A DNA stretch of 64,000 nt from Methanobacteriota archaeon (GTDB lineage Archaea; Thermoplasmatota; Thermoplasmata; SG8-5; JAGLSY01): contig JAEHCQ010000001.1 in assembly GCA_020696385.1 (NCBI GenBank), forward strand, positions 129,003 through 193,002. Reading direction: 5' to 3'. The notes beneath the pieces are model-generated. The model was not told the DNA's origin, made no database searches, and worked only from the letters and a program-made list of their open reading frames with translations. Below, piece by piece: positions 1 through 10,300 of the stretch. A program made the position numbers and the translations under genes. The first letter of the stretch is position 1; every line of letters begins with the position of its first letter.

Positions 1-3000
1 CAGACCCGGGAGAGGTCTGGGCGGTAAGGTAACCGGTGGAGCTTACCACTCCCACATTCGTATTCCATGAGAATATCGCGCCAGTTATTGGATTATTGTA
101 AATATCAAAGGCCACCGCAGTGAATTGGGCGGATTCGCCAGTGTCCACATCGGTGGGATCTGGTGTGACGATTATGTGATCGACTGGACCCACGACAACA
201 TCCACACTGGCATTACCAGATATAGGGCCATTGGTGGCACTCACAATGCCAGAGCCAGGATTTGTATTGGCGGTGAATAGACCATTTGAATCAATAGAGC
301 CTACATTGGAATTCCAGGAAAAGCTGACGCCAGTCACGATATTGTCGTAGATATCATAGGCCACCGCGGAGAAGCTTTGAGAATCGCCCACGACCACTGT
401 TTCCGGATCAGGGGACACGGTTATGTGATCGACTGGGCCCACAATGACATTGACGACCGCGGAGCCTGTTATGGAACCATTGGTGGCACTCATAAAGCCA
501 GTTCCGGGCGTGGTCCTGGCCGTGAAGAAACCGGATGAGTCCACGGTTCCCACATTGGTGTTCCAGGAAAATACCATACCTGGAATAATATTATTGTAAA
601 TATCAAAAGCAGAGGCCATGAACCCAAAGGTTTCCCCCACTATTCTGGTGGATGGATCTGGTGAAACGATTATGTGGCTCATAGGCCCTGAGACTATATT
701 GGCCGTGGCATTTCCTATCACCGTGCCAAAGGTCGCGCTTATAATCACTGTTTCAAGCCAGGTAGGAGCTGTGAAGTAGCCAGTGGAATTTATCATACCC
801 TCGGAGCTTGACCATACATAGTTAATTCCAGATATGGGATTATTATAAACATCACATGGAGTGGCTGTGAATTGCTGATGATCTCCAACGACCACGTCGA
901 CCGGATCTGGTGTGACAAATATATGATCCAATGGTCCCACAATGATATTGACACTGGCCGAGCCAGATATCGTACTATTGAAGGCAGTAACGAGACCACT
1001 GCCTGGCGTGGTTTGAGCGGTCAGAGTTCCGGTTACATCCACGAAACCCATATTGGTGCTCCAGATGAAATTCACACTGGGGATCACATTATCATGTTCA
1101 TCATAGGCCACCGCGGTGAAGAGCTGGGTGTCGCCCACGATCATAGTTACTGGATCGGGAGATACGATTATGTGATCTATACTTCCGGGAATGACAAAAA
1201 CAACCGCACTACCGTCAATGGAGTCATTTGTTGCAGTCACTGAGCCAGTGTACGGCGTGGTCTGGGCCATGAAACGACCAGTGGCATCGATGGATCCTGC
1301 ATCGGTAGCCCAGGTGAAATCCACTCCAGGGATGTCATTGTTATATATATCCCTGGCAGAGGCCGTGAACTGCAGGTTATAGGCCACGATAACATGGGCC
1401 GGGTCTGGGGTCACAGCAATATGATGGATATCACCAGGTATGATATGGACGACAGCAGATCCTGTTATAGATCCGCTGGATGCACTGACATACCCAGAGC
1501 CAGGTATTGTTTGGGCTGTTAGAAGTCCGGCAAAATTGACCACACCGAGATCCGTCGTCCACAGGAAAGTGGCATTTGGAATGAGATTGTTATAAGCATC
1601 ATATCCGCTGGCTGTGAAGACCTGGGAGAAACCAACAACCACGGATACAGGGTCTGGAGAAATGACGATATGATGAAGGATATCGGCAATGACCTGAACA
1701 TTGGCTGATCCTGTAACAGAGCCAGCAGTCGCATTGAGCAGACCGGTACCAGATACGGTGAAAGCCGTGAAGAAGCCAGTTGAGTTCACGATACCCAGAT
1801 CAGTAGTCCAGAAGAAGGAAACTCCGGGGATGGTATTATTGAAGATATCATAGGCCGTGGCCGTGAATTGCTGAGTTTCTCCTATCTTGACAGAAACTGG
1901 GCTGGGCATTACCACGATGTGATCGATATCACCCAATATGACAATTACAGATGCATTGCCAGTCACAGAGCCATTGGTGGCTTCCACAATACCGCTCGAC
2001 GGTGTTACCTGAGCTGTGAAAAGACCAGTGGCATCTATGATTCCCACATTCGTGTCCCATGTGAAGAGCATACCGGGAATTGAATTATTGTATTGATCAT
2101 AGCCAATTGCTGTGAATTGCTGATCCTGGCCGACCTGGATAGTTATCGGATCCGGCATGATGATTATATGATCGACCGGGCCAACAACTACATTGACAAA
2201 GGCAGAGCCAGTTACAGAGCCATTGGAGGCTTCAACCACACCATTGGAGACAAAGGTCTGAGCCGTGAAAAGACCAGTGGGGCCTATTGATCCAACATCG
2301 GTGCTCCAGGTGAAATCCACTCCTGTAATGACATTGGAGAACTGGTCATAGGCAATGGCCGTGAACTGCTTGTTCTTTCCCACCACCACGGATATTGGGT
2401 CTGGTGTTACAGTGATGTGATCGATGATATCAGGAATTACATTGATGTTCGACACGCCAGTCACAGAGCCATTGGTGGCTTCAACCACTCCAGTTCCAGG
2501 AAGGGTCTGGGCAGTGAAAGAACCATTGACATCGATCGTACCAATATCAGTGGACCATGTGAAATTCAAACCAGTTATCGAATTATTGTAAGCGTCATAG
2601 CCGGCGGCTGTGAAAGACTGGTTGGTCCCGACGACCATGGTCTTTGAGGACGGAGATACAACTATGTGATCTATGGGGCCGACCAATACAGTGATATTGG
2701 CCGATACAGTGACAGAGCCAGAAGTGACATTGACCTCGCCGATACCTGGGATCGTACGTGCGGTGAAATAACCAGTGGAATTCACCACACCGATATCAGT
2801 GGTCCAAAAGAGCATTGGAGATGGTATGAGGTTGTTGAAGGAATCATAAGCCAATGCGATAAATTGAAGGGGTTCTCCGACGATAACCGTAACTGGATCT
2901 GGAGATATGGTCATGTGATCCACATCACCCGTATTCACAGTAACTGGCACATTGTGACTAAGTGTGCCATTGGCCACGGTGACCGTGCCTATTATCGGTG

Positions 3001-5587
3001 TGGTTTGGGCGGTGAAGAAACCAGTGGCATCGATCGTACCTACATCGGTGGTCCAGTTAAAATCCACACCGGTGATGAGATTGTTATAAGCATCATAAGC
3101 CACAGCCGTGAACTGCTGTGTCTCTCCAACCTTCACTGTCAGAGGATCTGGAGTAACAGATATGTGATCCATTCCTCCAATGACCACGGTGACAAGTGCT
3201 GTATTGGTTATCGAACCATTAATAACCTGAACCTCTCCGAATCCAGGAGTCGTCTGGGCGGTGTAAAGGCCAGTTCCATCAATGGTTCCAGCATCGGTTA
3301 TCCAATTGAAATTCATACCCGGGATGACATTGTCATACTCATCATAGGCTATGGCAGTGAATTGCTGAGTCCCACCTACAGTGATAGTCAATGTATCTGG
3401 TGTTAGATCAATATGATGAATCGTGCCAGCAAGTACCTGGACAGGTGCGTTTCCAGTTATCGTGCCATTGCTGGCAGTTACTGTACCATTTCCAGGAGTC
3501 GTCTGGGCAGTGAGAGATCCAATAGCACTGACTGAGCCCATATCAGTTCCCCAGGTGAATCCCACACCTGTGATCTCATTACCATACTGGTCGTAGGCCA
3601 CTGCTTGTAGCTGTGTTGTATCTCCAACCGATATGGTAACTGGAGAGGGTGTTATCGTGATGTGATCGATGCCTCCGACCTCGACCTGTACATTTGCCAG
3701 ACCGGATACGGATCCATTACTGGCGATCACTGTGCCAGTTCCGGGAGTGGTCTGAGCTGTGAAAAAGCCACTGGCGTCTATGGAGCCCGCATTCGTGGTC
3801 CAAATTAAATCCACCCCACTCACAAGATTATTGTAAATATCATAAACAGTGGCTGTGAAGCTCTGTGTGGTTCCCACTTCCAGAGTTACGGAGGAAGGAT
3901 CCAATACAATATGATGCACATCACTGACCACGAGAGTGACACTGGCCATGCCAGTCACCATGCCGATCGTCGCACTGACATATCCCGAGCCAGGAGTGGA
4001 ACGGGAAGTGAGGATACCTGCGAAATTGATTACGCCAAGATCAGTACCCCAGAGGATCGTCTCATCGGTTATCGGATTATTGAATCGATCACGAACATCG
4101 GCCGTGAAAAGCTGTTGGGTCCCAACGACCACGGACACAGGATCTGGTGAGATTATTATAGAATCCACATCAGTGTGCTCTACAGTCGCGATAGATACCC
4201 CATCTGATAGGCCAGTACTATTCGCGCTCAGGGAGAAAGGTGAATTTATAGCATCCACATCGTAGTAATCCACCTGGATCGAATCAGACATGGCAGGAAT
4301 ATTGATCTGAGTAATCGGAGTGTTCGTGCCAACCAATCGGAATTCGCCTGTGACTGAGGTTGAGGAAAGCTGAACAAGAGTATCGACTCCAACAGTCTCG
4401 GGAACTCCAGTCGCATTCTGAGACTGGATCGTGATGGTGGATTGAGCTCCTGCGATCATGGTGAAAGAAGAAGGTATGATGGCCAATTGTGTAATGGCCA
4501 GCTGTGTGGTGATCGGAGCACTGGAGAGTATTGCACCTTCTATTATCGTGGTATCGAAGTAACCGCTGACATCGGCTCCAATATTCCCTGCTGGATCTGT
4601 GACCTCCACCCTTATCAAACATCCCTGCCCGTCTGTGCGGGGCAGATCCCACATATAGGAACCATCATTGGCCTCATTTTCAGAGATCGAGATCCATTCC
4701 AGGCCACCATCCAGTGAATAGAAAATGCTGACCGGATCGGTATCCAGGCCGAAATTATCGTAGGTCATCCACGTGATCTCATAAAGACCACCAATTTCGA
4801 GGTGATCTTGCAGGTCCTGGCTGGTTATTACGACCGTGGGTGAGATGGATCCAATTGTGAAGAAGTCATCACTGACATCATAATTTGAATTGCCTACACC
4901 ATCTCTGGCATATATCTTGACCAGGCATGTCTCACTTTCCATCATGGGAACAAGCCAGGAATATGAACCATCATTGGACTCGCCCTCGATGATCATTTCC
5001 CAATCCAGACCCCCATTTATTGAATATTGAATATCGATACTAACGGGTGATATCAAAAAATTATCACTGGCTGTCCAGTTAATGTATTTCAGCACCCCAC
5101 CCCTGATGACCTCTCCCCCATCAGGTTCATCGACCAAGATAGATGGAGCTGTGGAATCGATGATAAATACATCACTGACATCAAAGACCTCGATCTCATC
5201 CAGACCGACCACGCCCAATCTTACAAGGCATTCGTCAGAGCTTATGTAAGGCAGTCTCCAACTGAAGGAGCCGTCATCGATCTCCCTGTACGCGATAAGG
5301 GTCCAGGCATTTCCATCATCTATCGAATAATAGATATTGATCGGGTTCACTGCCAGATCGCCAGTGGCATTCCATTCGATGATATGGACATCGCCTCCTT
5401 TCCAGGTTTCATTATCAAAGGAAGAAAGCAGTTCCACAGCAAGTAGAGAGACCCCTGCGTTCAGTTCCGCATCTTCAACACTTTCGAAAGCCGCACTGCC
5501 ACTGACTCCAGTCATAAGGCTTGATAATAGTATTGCAATCGATATTAGAAATGCTAGCGGCTTATCTCTCTCGAACTTGTAGGTCAT
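1..5587 (-). CDS. Partial giant secreted repeat protein. The N-terminus is in the window (ATG at 5587) and the C-terminus runs past the window start. It has a signal peptide, then modules with an Asp-box-like motif (YYSxDxGxxW), then dozens of roughly 89-aa bacterial-Ig-like (Big_2-type) repeats
   Basis: The minus-strand frame is open from 5587 to position 1 with no stop, so the ORF track cannot list it. My own translation starts MTYKFERDKPLAFLISIAILLSSLMTGVSGSAA, a signal peptide. Repeats such as ITITPSPVTISVGDTTQLQAVAYDQYGNEITGVGFTWGTD recur with an 89-aa period. The many short ORFs listed on both strands at 793..4717 are repeat-derived frames inside it. Confidence 0.8.
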   Translation of the reverse strand, partial: MTYKFERDKPLAFLISIAILLSSLMTGVSGSAAFESVEDAELNAGVSLLAVELLSSFDNETWKGGDVHIIEWNATGDLAVNPINIYYSIDDGNAWTLIAYREIDDGSFSWRLPYISSDECLVRLGVVGLDEIEVFDVSDVFIIDSTAPSILVDEPDGGEVIRGGVLKYINWTASDNFLISPVSIDIQYSINGGLDWEMIIEGESNDGSYSWLVPMMESETCLVKIYARDGVGNSNYDVSDDFFTIGSISPTVVITSQDLQDHLEIGGLYEITWMTYDNFGLDTDPVSIFYSLDGGLEWISISENEANDGSYMWDLPRTDGQGCLIRVEVTDPAGNIGADVSGYFDTTIIEGAILSSAPITTQLAITQLAIIPSSFTMIAGAQSTITIQSQNATGVPETVGVDTLVQLSSTSVTGEFRLVGTNTPITQINIPAMSDSIQVDYYDVDAINSPFSLSANSTGLSDGVSIATVEHTDVDSIIISPDPVSVVVGTQQLFTADVRDRFNNPITDETILWGTDLGVINFAGILTSRSTPGSGYVSATIGMVTGMASVTLVVSDVHHIVLDPSSVTLEVGTTQSFTATVYDIYNNLVSGVDLIWTTNAGSIDASGFFTAQTTPGTGTVIASNGSVSGLANVQVEVGGIDHITITPSPVTISVGDTTQLQAVAYDQYGNEITGVGFTWGTDMGSVSAIGSLTAQTTPGNGTVTASNGTITGNAPVQVLAGTIHHIDLTPDTLTITVGGTQQFTAIAYDEYDNVIPGMNFNWITDAGTIDGTGLYTAQTTPGFGEVQVINGSITNTALVTVVIGGMDHISVTPDPLTVKVGETQQFTAVAYDAYNNLITGVDFNWTTDVGTIDATGFFTAQTTPIIGTVTVANGTLSHNVPVTVNTGDVDHMTISPDPVTVIVGEPLQFIALAYDSFNNLIPSPMLFWTTDIGVVNSTGYFTARTIPGIGEVNVTSGSVTVSANITVLVGPIDHIVVSPSSKTMVVGTNQSFTAAGYDAYNNSITGLNFTWSTDIGTIDVNGSFTAQTLPGTGVVEATNGSVTGVSNINVIPDIIDHITVTPDPISVVVGKNKQFTAIAYDQFSNVITGVDFTWSTDVGSIGPTGLFTAQTFVSNGVVEASNGSVTGSAFVNVVVGPVDHIIIMPDPITIQVGQDQQFTAIGYDQYNNSIPGMLFTWDTNVGIIDATGLFTAQVTPSSGIVEATNGSVTGNASVIVILGDIDHIVVMPSPVSVKIGETQQFTATAYDIFNNTIPGVSFFWTTDLGIVNSTGFFTAFTVSGTGLLNATAGSVTGSANVQVIADILHHIVISPDPVSVVVGFSQVFTASGYDAYNNLIPNATFLWTTDLGVVNFAGLLTAQTIPGSGYVSASSGSITGSAVVHIIPGDIHHIAVTPDPAHVIVAYNLQFTASARDIYNNDIPGVDFTWATDAGSIDATGRFMAQTTPYTGSVTATNDSIDGSAVVFVIPGSIDHIIVSPDPVTMIVGDTQLFTAVAYDEHDNVIPSVNFIWSTNMGFVDVTGTLTAQTTPGSGLVTAFNSTISGSASVNIIVGPLDHIFVTPDPVDVVVGDHQQFTATPCDVYNNPISGINYVWSSSEGMINSTGYFTAPTWLETVIISATFGTVIGNATANIVSGPMSHIIVSPDPSTRIVGETFGFMASAFDIYNNIIPGMVFSWNTNVGTVDSSGFFTARTTPGTGFMSATNGSITGSAVVNVIVGPVDHITVSPDPETVVVGDSQSFSAVAYDIYDNIVTGVSFSWNSNVGSIDSNGLFTANTNPGSGIVSATNGPISGNASVDVVVGPVDHIIVTPDPTDVDTGESAQFTAVAFDIYNNPITGAIFSWNTNVGVVSSTGYLTAQTSPGS

Positions 5588-6267
5588 GCTATCACGATCT
5601 CTCTCTCACATCGCTTATCGGAAGTATCCGATACAAGGTTCAGGCAAACCTATCAAATTTTAAAGAATATCGTACCCTATTACAGAATCACTATGATCCA
5701 AACATATATTCTAACATATTTGACTAATTGTTTCCATTCCCCTCATATTTTATCCTATCCTCTAAGATAAAGTATCAAATGATAATCACCATATATAATG
5801 GTATTGTCTATATAACCTACTTATACACCATACCCATATTTATAGGCATAATGAATATACGAATATCAAGAATATGACCTTAATAACTGTTGGTAAATTA
5901 ATATTATTTTAATAATTGAATACTTTTAAAAAAAGCAGGCGAAAATACATGCAAATAACTGAACTTTTTTATTTTTTATATGTCCAAATACATATTATGT
6001 GTACTATTTATTTAATGTTTAGAGATATAGGCACGAAAAATAGAATTCATACCCCAATATAAACAGCATAAAGTTGTTAAAAAATGATGTGTTATTTGTA
6101 ATTATATAAGATGCGATAAATAAATATTAATTTCATGCAAATTTATTGGTTTATTTTTGTGGTTATTTCCATGGATATTTTCATATACTTATTTTGGATC
6201 TTGATGATGGGGGTATATTGGTATCGGTATCGGCTGTTTTTTATGTCTGCCGATACGTGGTGGATTG

Positions 6268-6607
6268 CCAGGCGGAGGTAGCGCATCTGTACTATTGCTT
6301 TCCTGTGTATTCAAAGTAGCATCGCGGGAAAGAGTGAGAAATAGGCCAGGTGGAGGTAGTGGACCTACACTATTGTTTTCCTGTATGTTCAATGTAGTGT
6401 CGCGGGAAAGAATGAGAAATAGGCCAGGTAGAAGTAGTGGAGTATTCTTTACTGGGTCATTGAATGTAAACGAAAACTTTACTACCTCCACCTTATGCAG
6501 AGATGTAGTAAAGTGCCAGGTCAAGGTAGTGAAGTATTCTTTACTGGACCATTGAATGTAAACGAAAACTTTACTACCTCCACCTTCTACTGAGATGTAG
6601 TAAAGTG
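6268..6607. repeat. Tandem repeat array: two 78-bp units (6268..6345, 6346..6423) and two 92-bp units (6424..6515, 6516..6607). Each unit begins with CCAGGTGGAGGTAGT-like sequence, and the 92-bp units contain the inverted partner CTTTACTACCTCCACC
   Basis: The periodicity is directly visible. Units within each pair are about 85-90% identical. The unit-initial motif is identical to the segment at 6608..6626. Confidence 0.9.
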
Positions 6608-6925
6608 CCAGGTGGAGGTAGTAAGCCCCATTCTGTTTCTAAGCAGCATTCAACTACGCGTCCTACCAAATTTGGACTTGCACCGAATGGGAGTCGCCGT
6701 TTCATCATTTCCAAACCTTCGTAGCTCAGGGTCAACACCCATCATCGCTCCAGCCCGGCTGTGTCGTTTCTGCGCCCTTGCCATGCCTCTAAGCATACCG
6801 GCTTGAACCGGTCATTCATGTTTCACCCAAGATCACCGAAATGACTCAGGTGGGAGTGGGGACTTTCCTCGGTTGACTCAGGCGAACCTGAGTCCCCGTT
6901 AGCTGCTCACCTTCTCCTGGCATAT
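6606..6925 (-). ncRNA. rnpB: RNase P RNA (archaeal type A-like)
   Basis: The minus-strand RNA reads ...GGGGACUCAGG-UUCG-CCUGAGUC (a P3 hairpin with a UUCG loop) directly followed by GAGGAAAGUCCCC (CR-I, the 5' strand of P4). GGGUGAAAC follows about 45 nt later. ACAGAAUGGGGCUUAC near the 3' end (compare the bacterial ACAGAACCCGGCUUA) can pair with AAG-U-CCCC to form P4, with the bulged U. The 5' segment UGCCAGGAGAAGGUGAGCAGC can pair with the 3' segment GCUUACUACCUCCACCUGGCA to form P1. The region has no ORF and sits in a GC-richer island within an AT-rich spacer. The ends are approximate. Confidence 0.55.
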
Positions 6926-7325
6926 ATCCATTACCCGGGAGGATTATAACCCTTTCGGTTGGGGGACATGATAATCACTGGCCAAGCCATATCATTCACA
7001 ATTATACGAGATAGGCTATGATCGAATCCAATACTAATCATATGCTAATACCTAAATAACCTATACCTGTATTGGCAATAGTAATTTGTAACAATTAAAC
7101 TATTCATATTAACATTAACATACTCTTAAAGTAGTATTTGTGATAATGTAGAAACTATTATAAACATATATCTTATTTGTATGTTATATAGAAAAAGTGG
7201 GCCAGGGGGGCATATTGAGATAAATTTGAGGGGTATAGTAGCATTTTCTATGTTGACCTTATTTTTATTAACTGAGTGAGCCTAACAAAATACTCCTGCC
7301 TCATTGCAAAAAAAGAGGTGGAGAC

Positions 7326-10300
7326 ATGAAATACGCTCATAGCAGAAAGAGTAGTGTGGTAGCTTGCAGAATTTTGGCAATTTTCCTAATGATATCTTTG
7401 ATATCCCCAGGAATAGCCTCTGCGTCTAACAGTCTGATGGGGAATGATATCACTTCCCAGGGTCTGGTAGATATTGAACCAGTTATTAACGGAATGGTCA
7501 CTAATGATCATGATGCCGATGATGGGGGTGCTAGTCTATTCGGTGCCATAGGCGATACAACGAACTTTGATCACGATATCGAGGTTTCCAATATATTGTC
7601 TCCTGCGGATGCAGGGGTCTATCCCACGGATGCCGTCGAGATCAATGCCACCATAAAAAATCTAGGGATAGAAGAATCCTTTGATGTCAGGTATGAAGTC
7701 GGATATTATGATAATGCCAATACCATCTTTTTCCAGGATGATATGGAGGGGGGCAACAATGGATGGTCCCACTATGGATTCGGTGATGAATGGGAACGGG
7801 GATATCCTTCTGCTGGCCCAGGGTCTGCACATTCGGGCTTCAATTGCTGGGGAACTGACCTCAATTCATATTATTCAAATAATGCAGATCAATGGCTGGT
7901 GTCTCCATCCATCGATCTGACAGCTACAAGCACTGCCACCCTGTCCTTCTGGATGTATGTCAATATTGAGGGATATGTTTGGGATCATGCTTACGTGTAC
8001 ATAAATGACGGTGTGGATCATCAACTATATTACTCTGGCACAGGCTCTGGACCACATAACACAGCATGGCAATATTACGAGTACGATGTCTCAGCTTACA
8101 CTGGAGGCATGGTCACCTTGAAATGGAGACTGGATACTGATTCAAGTGTCACTTATACAGGGGTGTATGTGGACGATGTGACCATAAATACCACCATGGA
8201 CTCAAAGGTCATACTGCAAGAAGGAATAGAATCTGTTTCCAATCTTCCGGCTGGCGAATCCATGAATTTATTCGGTAGTTCTTACACTTTCACCACAGAA
8301 GGTGATAATTTCTACATGGATGTCGAGTCCCTATTGGCCTCAGACCAGGATACTTCAAATGATATAATGACAGCAAATTATACAATAGCCGATATTCATG
8401 ATGTTGGAGTATCTTCGATAAACTATCCAGAGAATGGAGAGCTTTACCCTATCGGTATGCAGGCGGTGAATGCCACAGTGATCAATAGTGGGACATTAAC
8501 AGAGAGCTTCCTGGTCCAGTGTACGATAAGAGATTCCTCCTATGCAATAGTATACTCGGATACAGAGAGTGTGACAGGAATGCCCTATGGCACAGAATCA
8601 ATAGTGACCTTCGCCCCTCAATGGAATGCCCTTGTAGAAGATGATTACACTATTGAGGTCATGACCATATTGGGCACTGATGAAGATCCATCCAATAACA
8701 ATCTGACAGGATCATTCACCATCGAGGATATAGAAGATGTTGGAACATCCGCTCTTAGATCTCCTGAAATAGGCAATTTCTACCGCGATGGAGCAGTGGA
8801 AATAGATGCTTCCGTGATCAATCACGGCAATGTTCCCCGATCCTTCATAACGAACTACACTATTGGCACAGCGACTGTGACAAATCAGAACATTTTCGTG
8901 GATGACTTTGAATCTGGAGCAATAGGCTGGACTCAAACCGGGGGTATACAGGGACAAAATACAATTGTGGATGAAAATTTTGATGGATCATTCCCTCCCG
9001 CTGGATGGAACGTTATAGATTATCAGGGCTGGGGAATGACCTGGTACCGGAATGATATGGTGGGTAGTGCTAATTATGCAGGAACTGGATTCTGCGCAGA
9101 TGCAGACAGCAGTGCCTTGTGGGGGCCTGGAGTTAATACAGGTCTGAGAACACCAAGCTTCAATTTGGTAGGCTACACAGATGCGACCCTGAATTTCTCA
9201 CATTCCTACCTTGACTTTACAATAGGGACTGGAGATTATGCAGAGGTCCGTGTGAGCACAAACGGCGGGTTCAGCTGGAGCCAGATAGCGTATTACAATG
9301 AGCAGCATTCTCCTTTTGGACCCGGTGAAGCTGTAAGCTTAAGCCTCAATGCCTTCCTAGGCCAGCCAAGTGTCACAGTGGAATTTCATTATGATGATTA
9401 TTCATGGGATTTCTGGTGGATGGTCGATGATGTCGAAATAATTGGAACCAGTGCTATGTCCCCTCAATGGCAATTGGGTGCTCCGGCCTTCGGAGATGTC
9501 ACAAATGCCCACGGCGGTACAAATTGCTGGGGAACAGATCTCATAGATAATTATTATCCAGATATGTCAGCCACACTTACCAGCCCGAGCTTCAGTCTTA
9601 GTGGCACTAGCAATGAGCGCCTTTCATTCTGGCACACTCACGACTTCTACAATACAGAAGCAGGTGGGATCGTGGAGGTATCGGTTGATAACCTACCATG
9701 GGTGAAAATAGACCCAATAGCGGGCGATTCATGGTACTCGACAAGCAATGCCTTCAGTGGTGCAGATGCTTTCACAGGAGACACATACCAGGATTGGTAT
9801 CAATCCACCTATGACATGACCCCTTTCAATGGCAGTAACAATGTTCGCTTGCGATTCAGTTTCCAATCCACATCAAATATAGCCTGTCATGAGGGATGGT
9901 ATATCGACGATGTAATGGTTACTGGCGAGATAATTTCTCTCAATAATATCATTGGTTGGGGAGATGAAATGGTCTCCAACTTGCAACCAGGAGAAGAAGT
10001 GGATGTATTCGGTAATTCCCACATCTTCACCAGTGAGGGAATGTACCACATCGAGGTAAAGACATTGCTGGCCTCAGATGAGGATAACAGTAATGATATC
10101 ATCAGTGGTTTCTTTGAGATCAAGAATGTCTTCGATGTAGGAGCGAGTGTCATAAATTCACCAGCAATTGGTGTAGCCTACCCAGTGGGAGCATTGGAGA
10201 TAAATGGAACAGTGACTAATTTCGGGAATGTTCCAGCCAGCTTCATAACCAATTATACAATAGGATCCATGAATGTCACATCCAATATCCTATATTCCGA

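Noticed and set aside
793-4717. About 18 short ORFs (60-250 aa) on both strands in the first 4.7 kb of the ORF track
   Set aside because: They all lie inside, or antisense to, the single long minus-strand Ig-repeat ORF that is open from 5587 to the window edge. Their translations are low-complexity echoes of the repeat nucleotide sequence.
6189-6555. Two overlapping ORFs (111 aa minus strand, 96 aa plus strand) over the tandem repeat array
   Set aside because: Both proteins are internally repetitive, which is the tandem DNA repeats read in frame. The region is better explained as a structured-RNA and repeat locus next to rnpB.
6268-6607. Possible CRISPR array: a short repeat (CCAGGTGGAGGTAGT) spaced by 60-75 bp
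   Set aside because: The would-be spacers are pairwise near-identical (two 78-bp and two 92-bp units). The repeat is part of the RNase P 3' end. There is no leader and no cas genes. It is a tandem duplication, not CRISPR.
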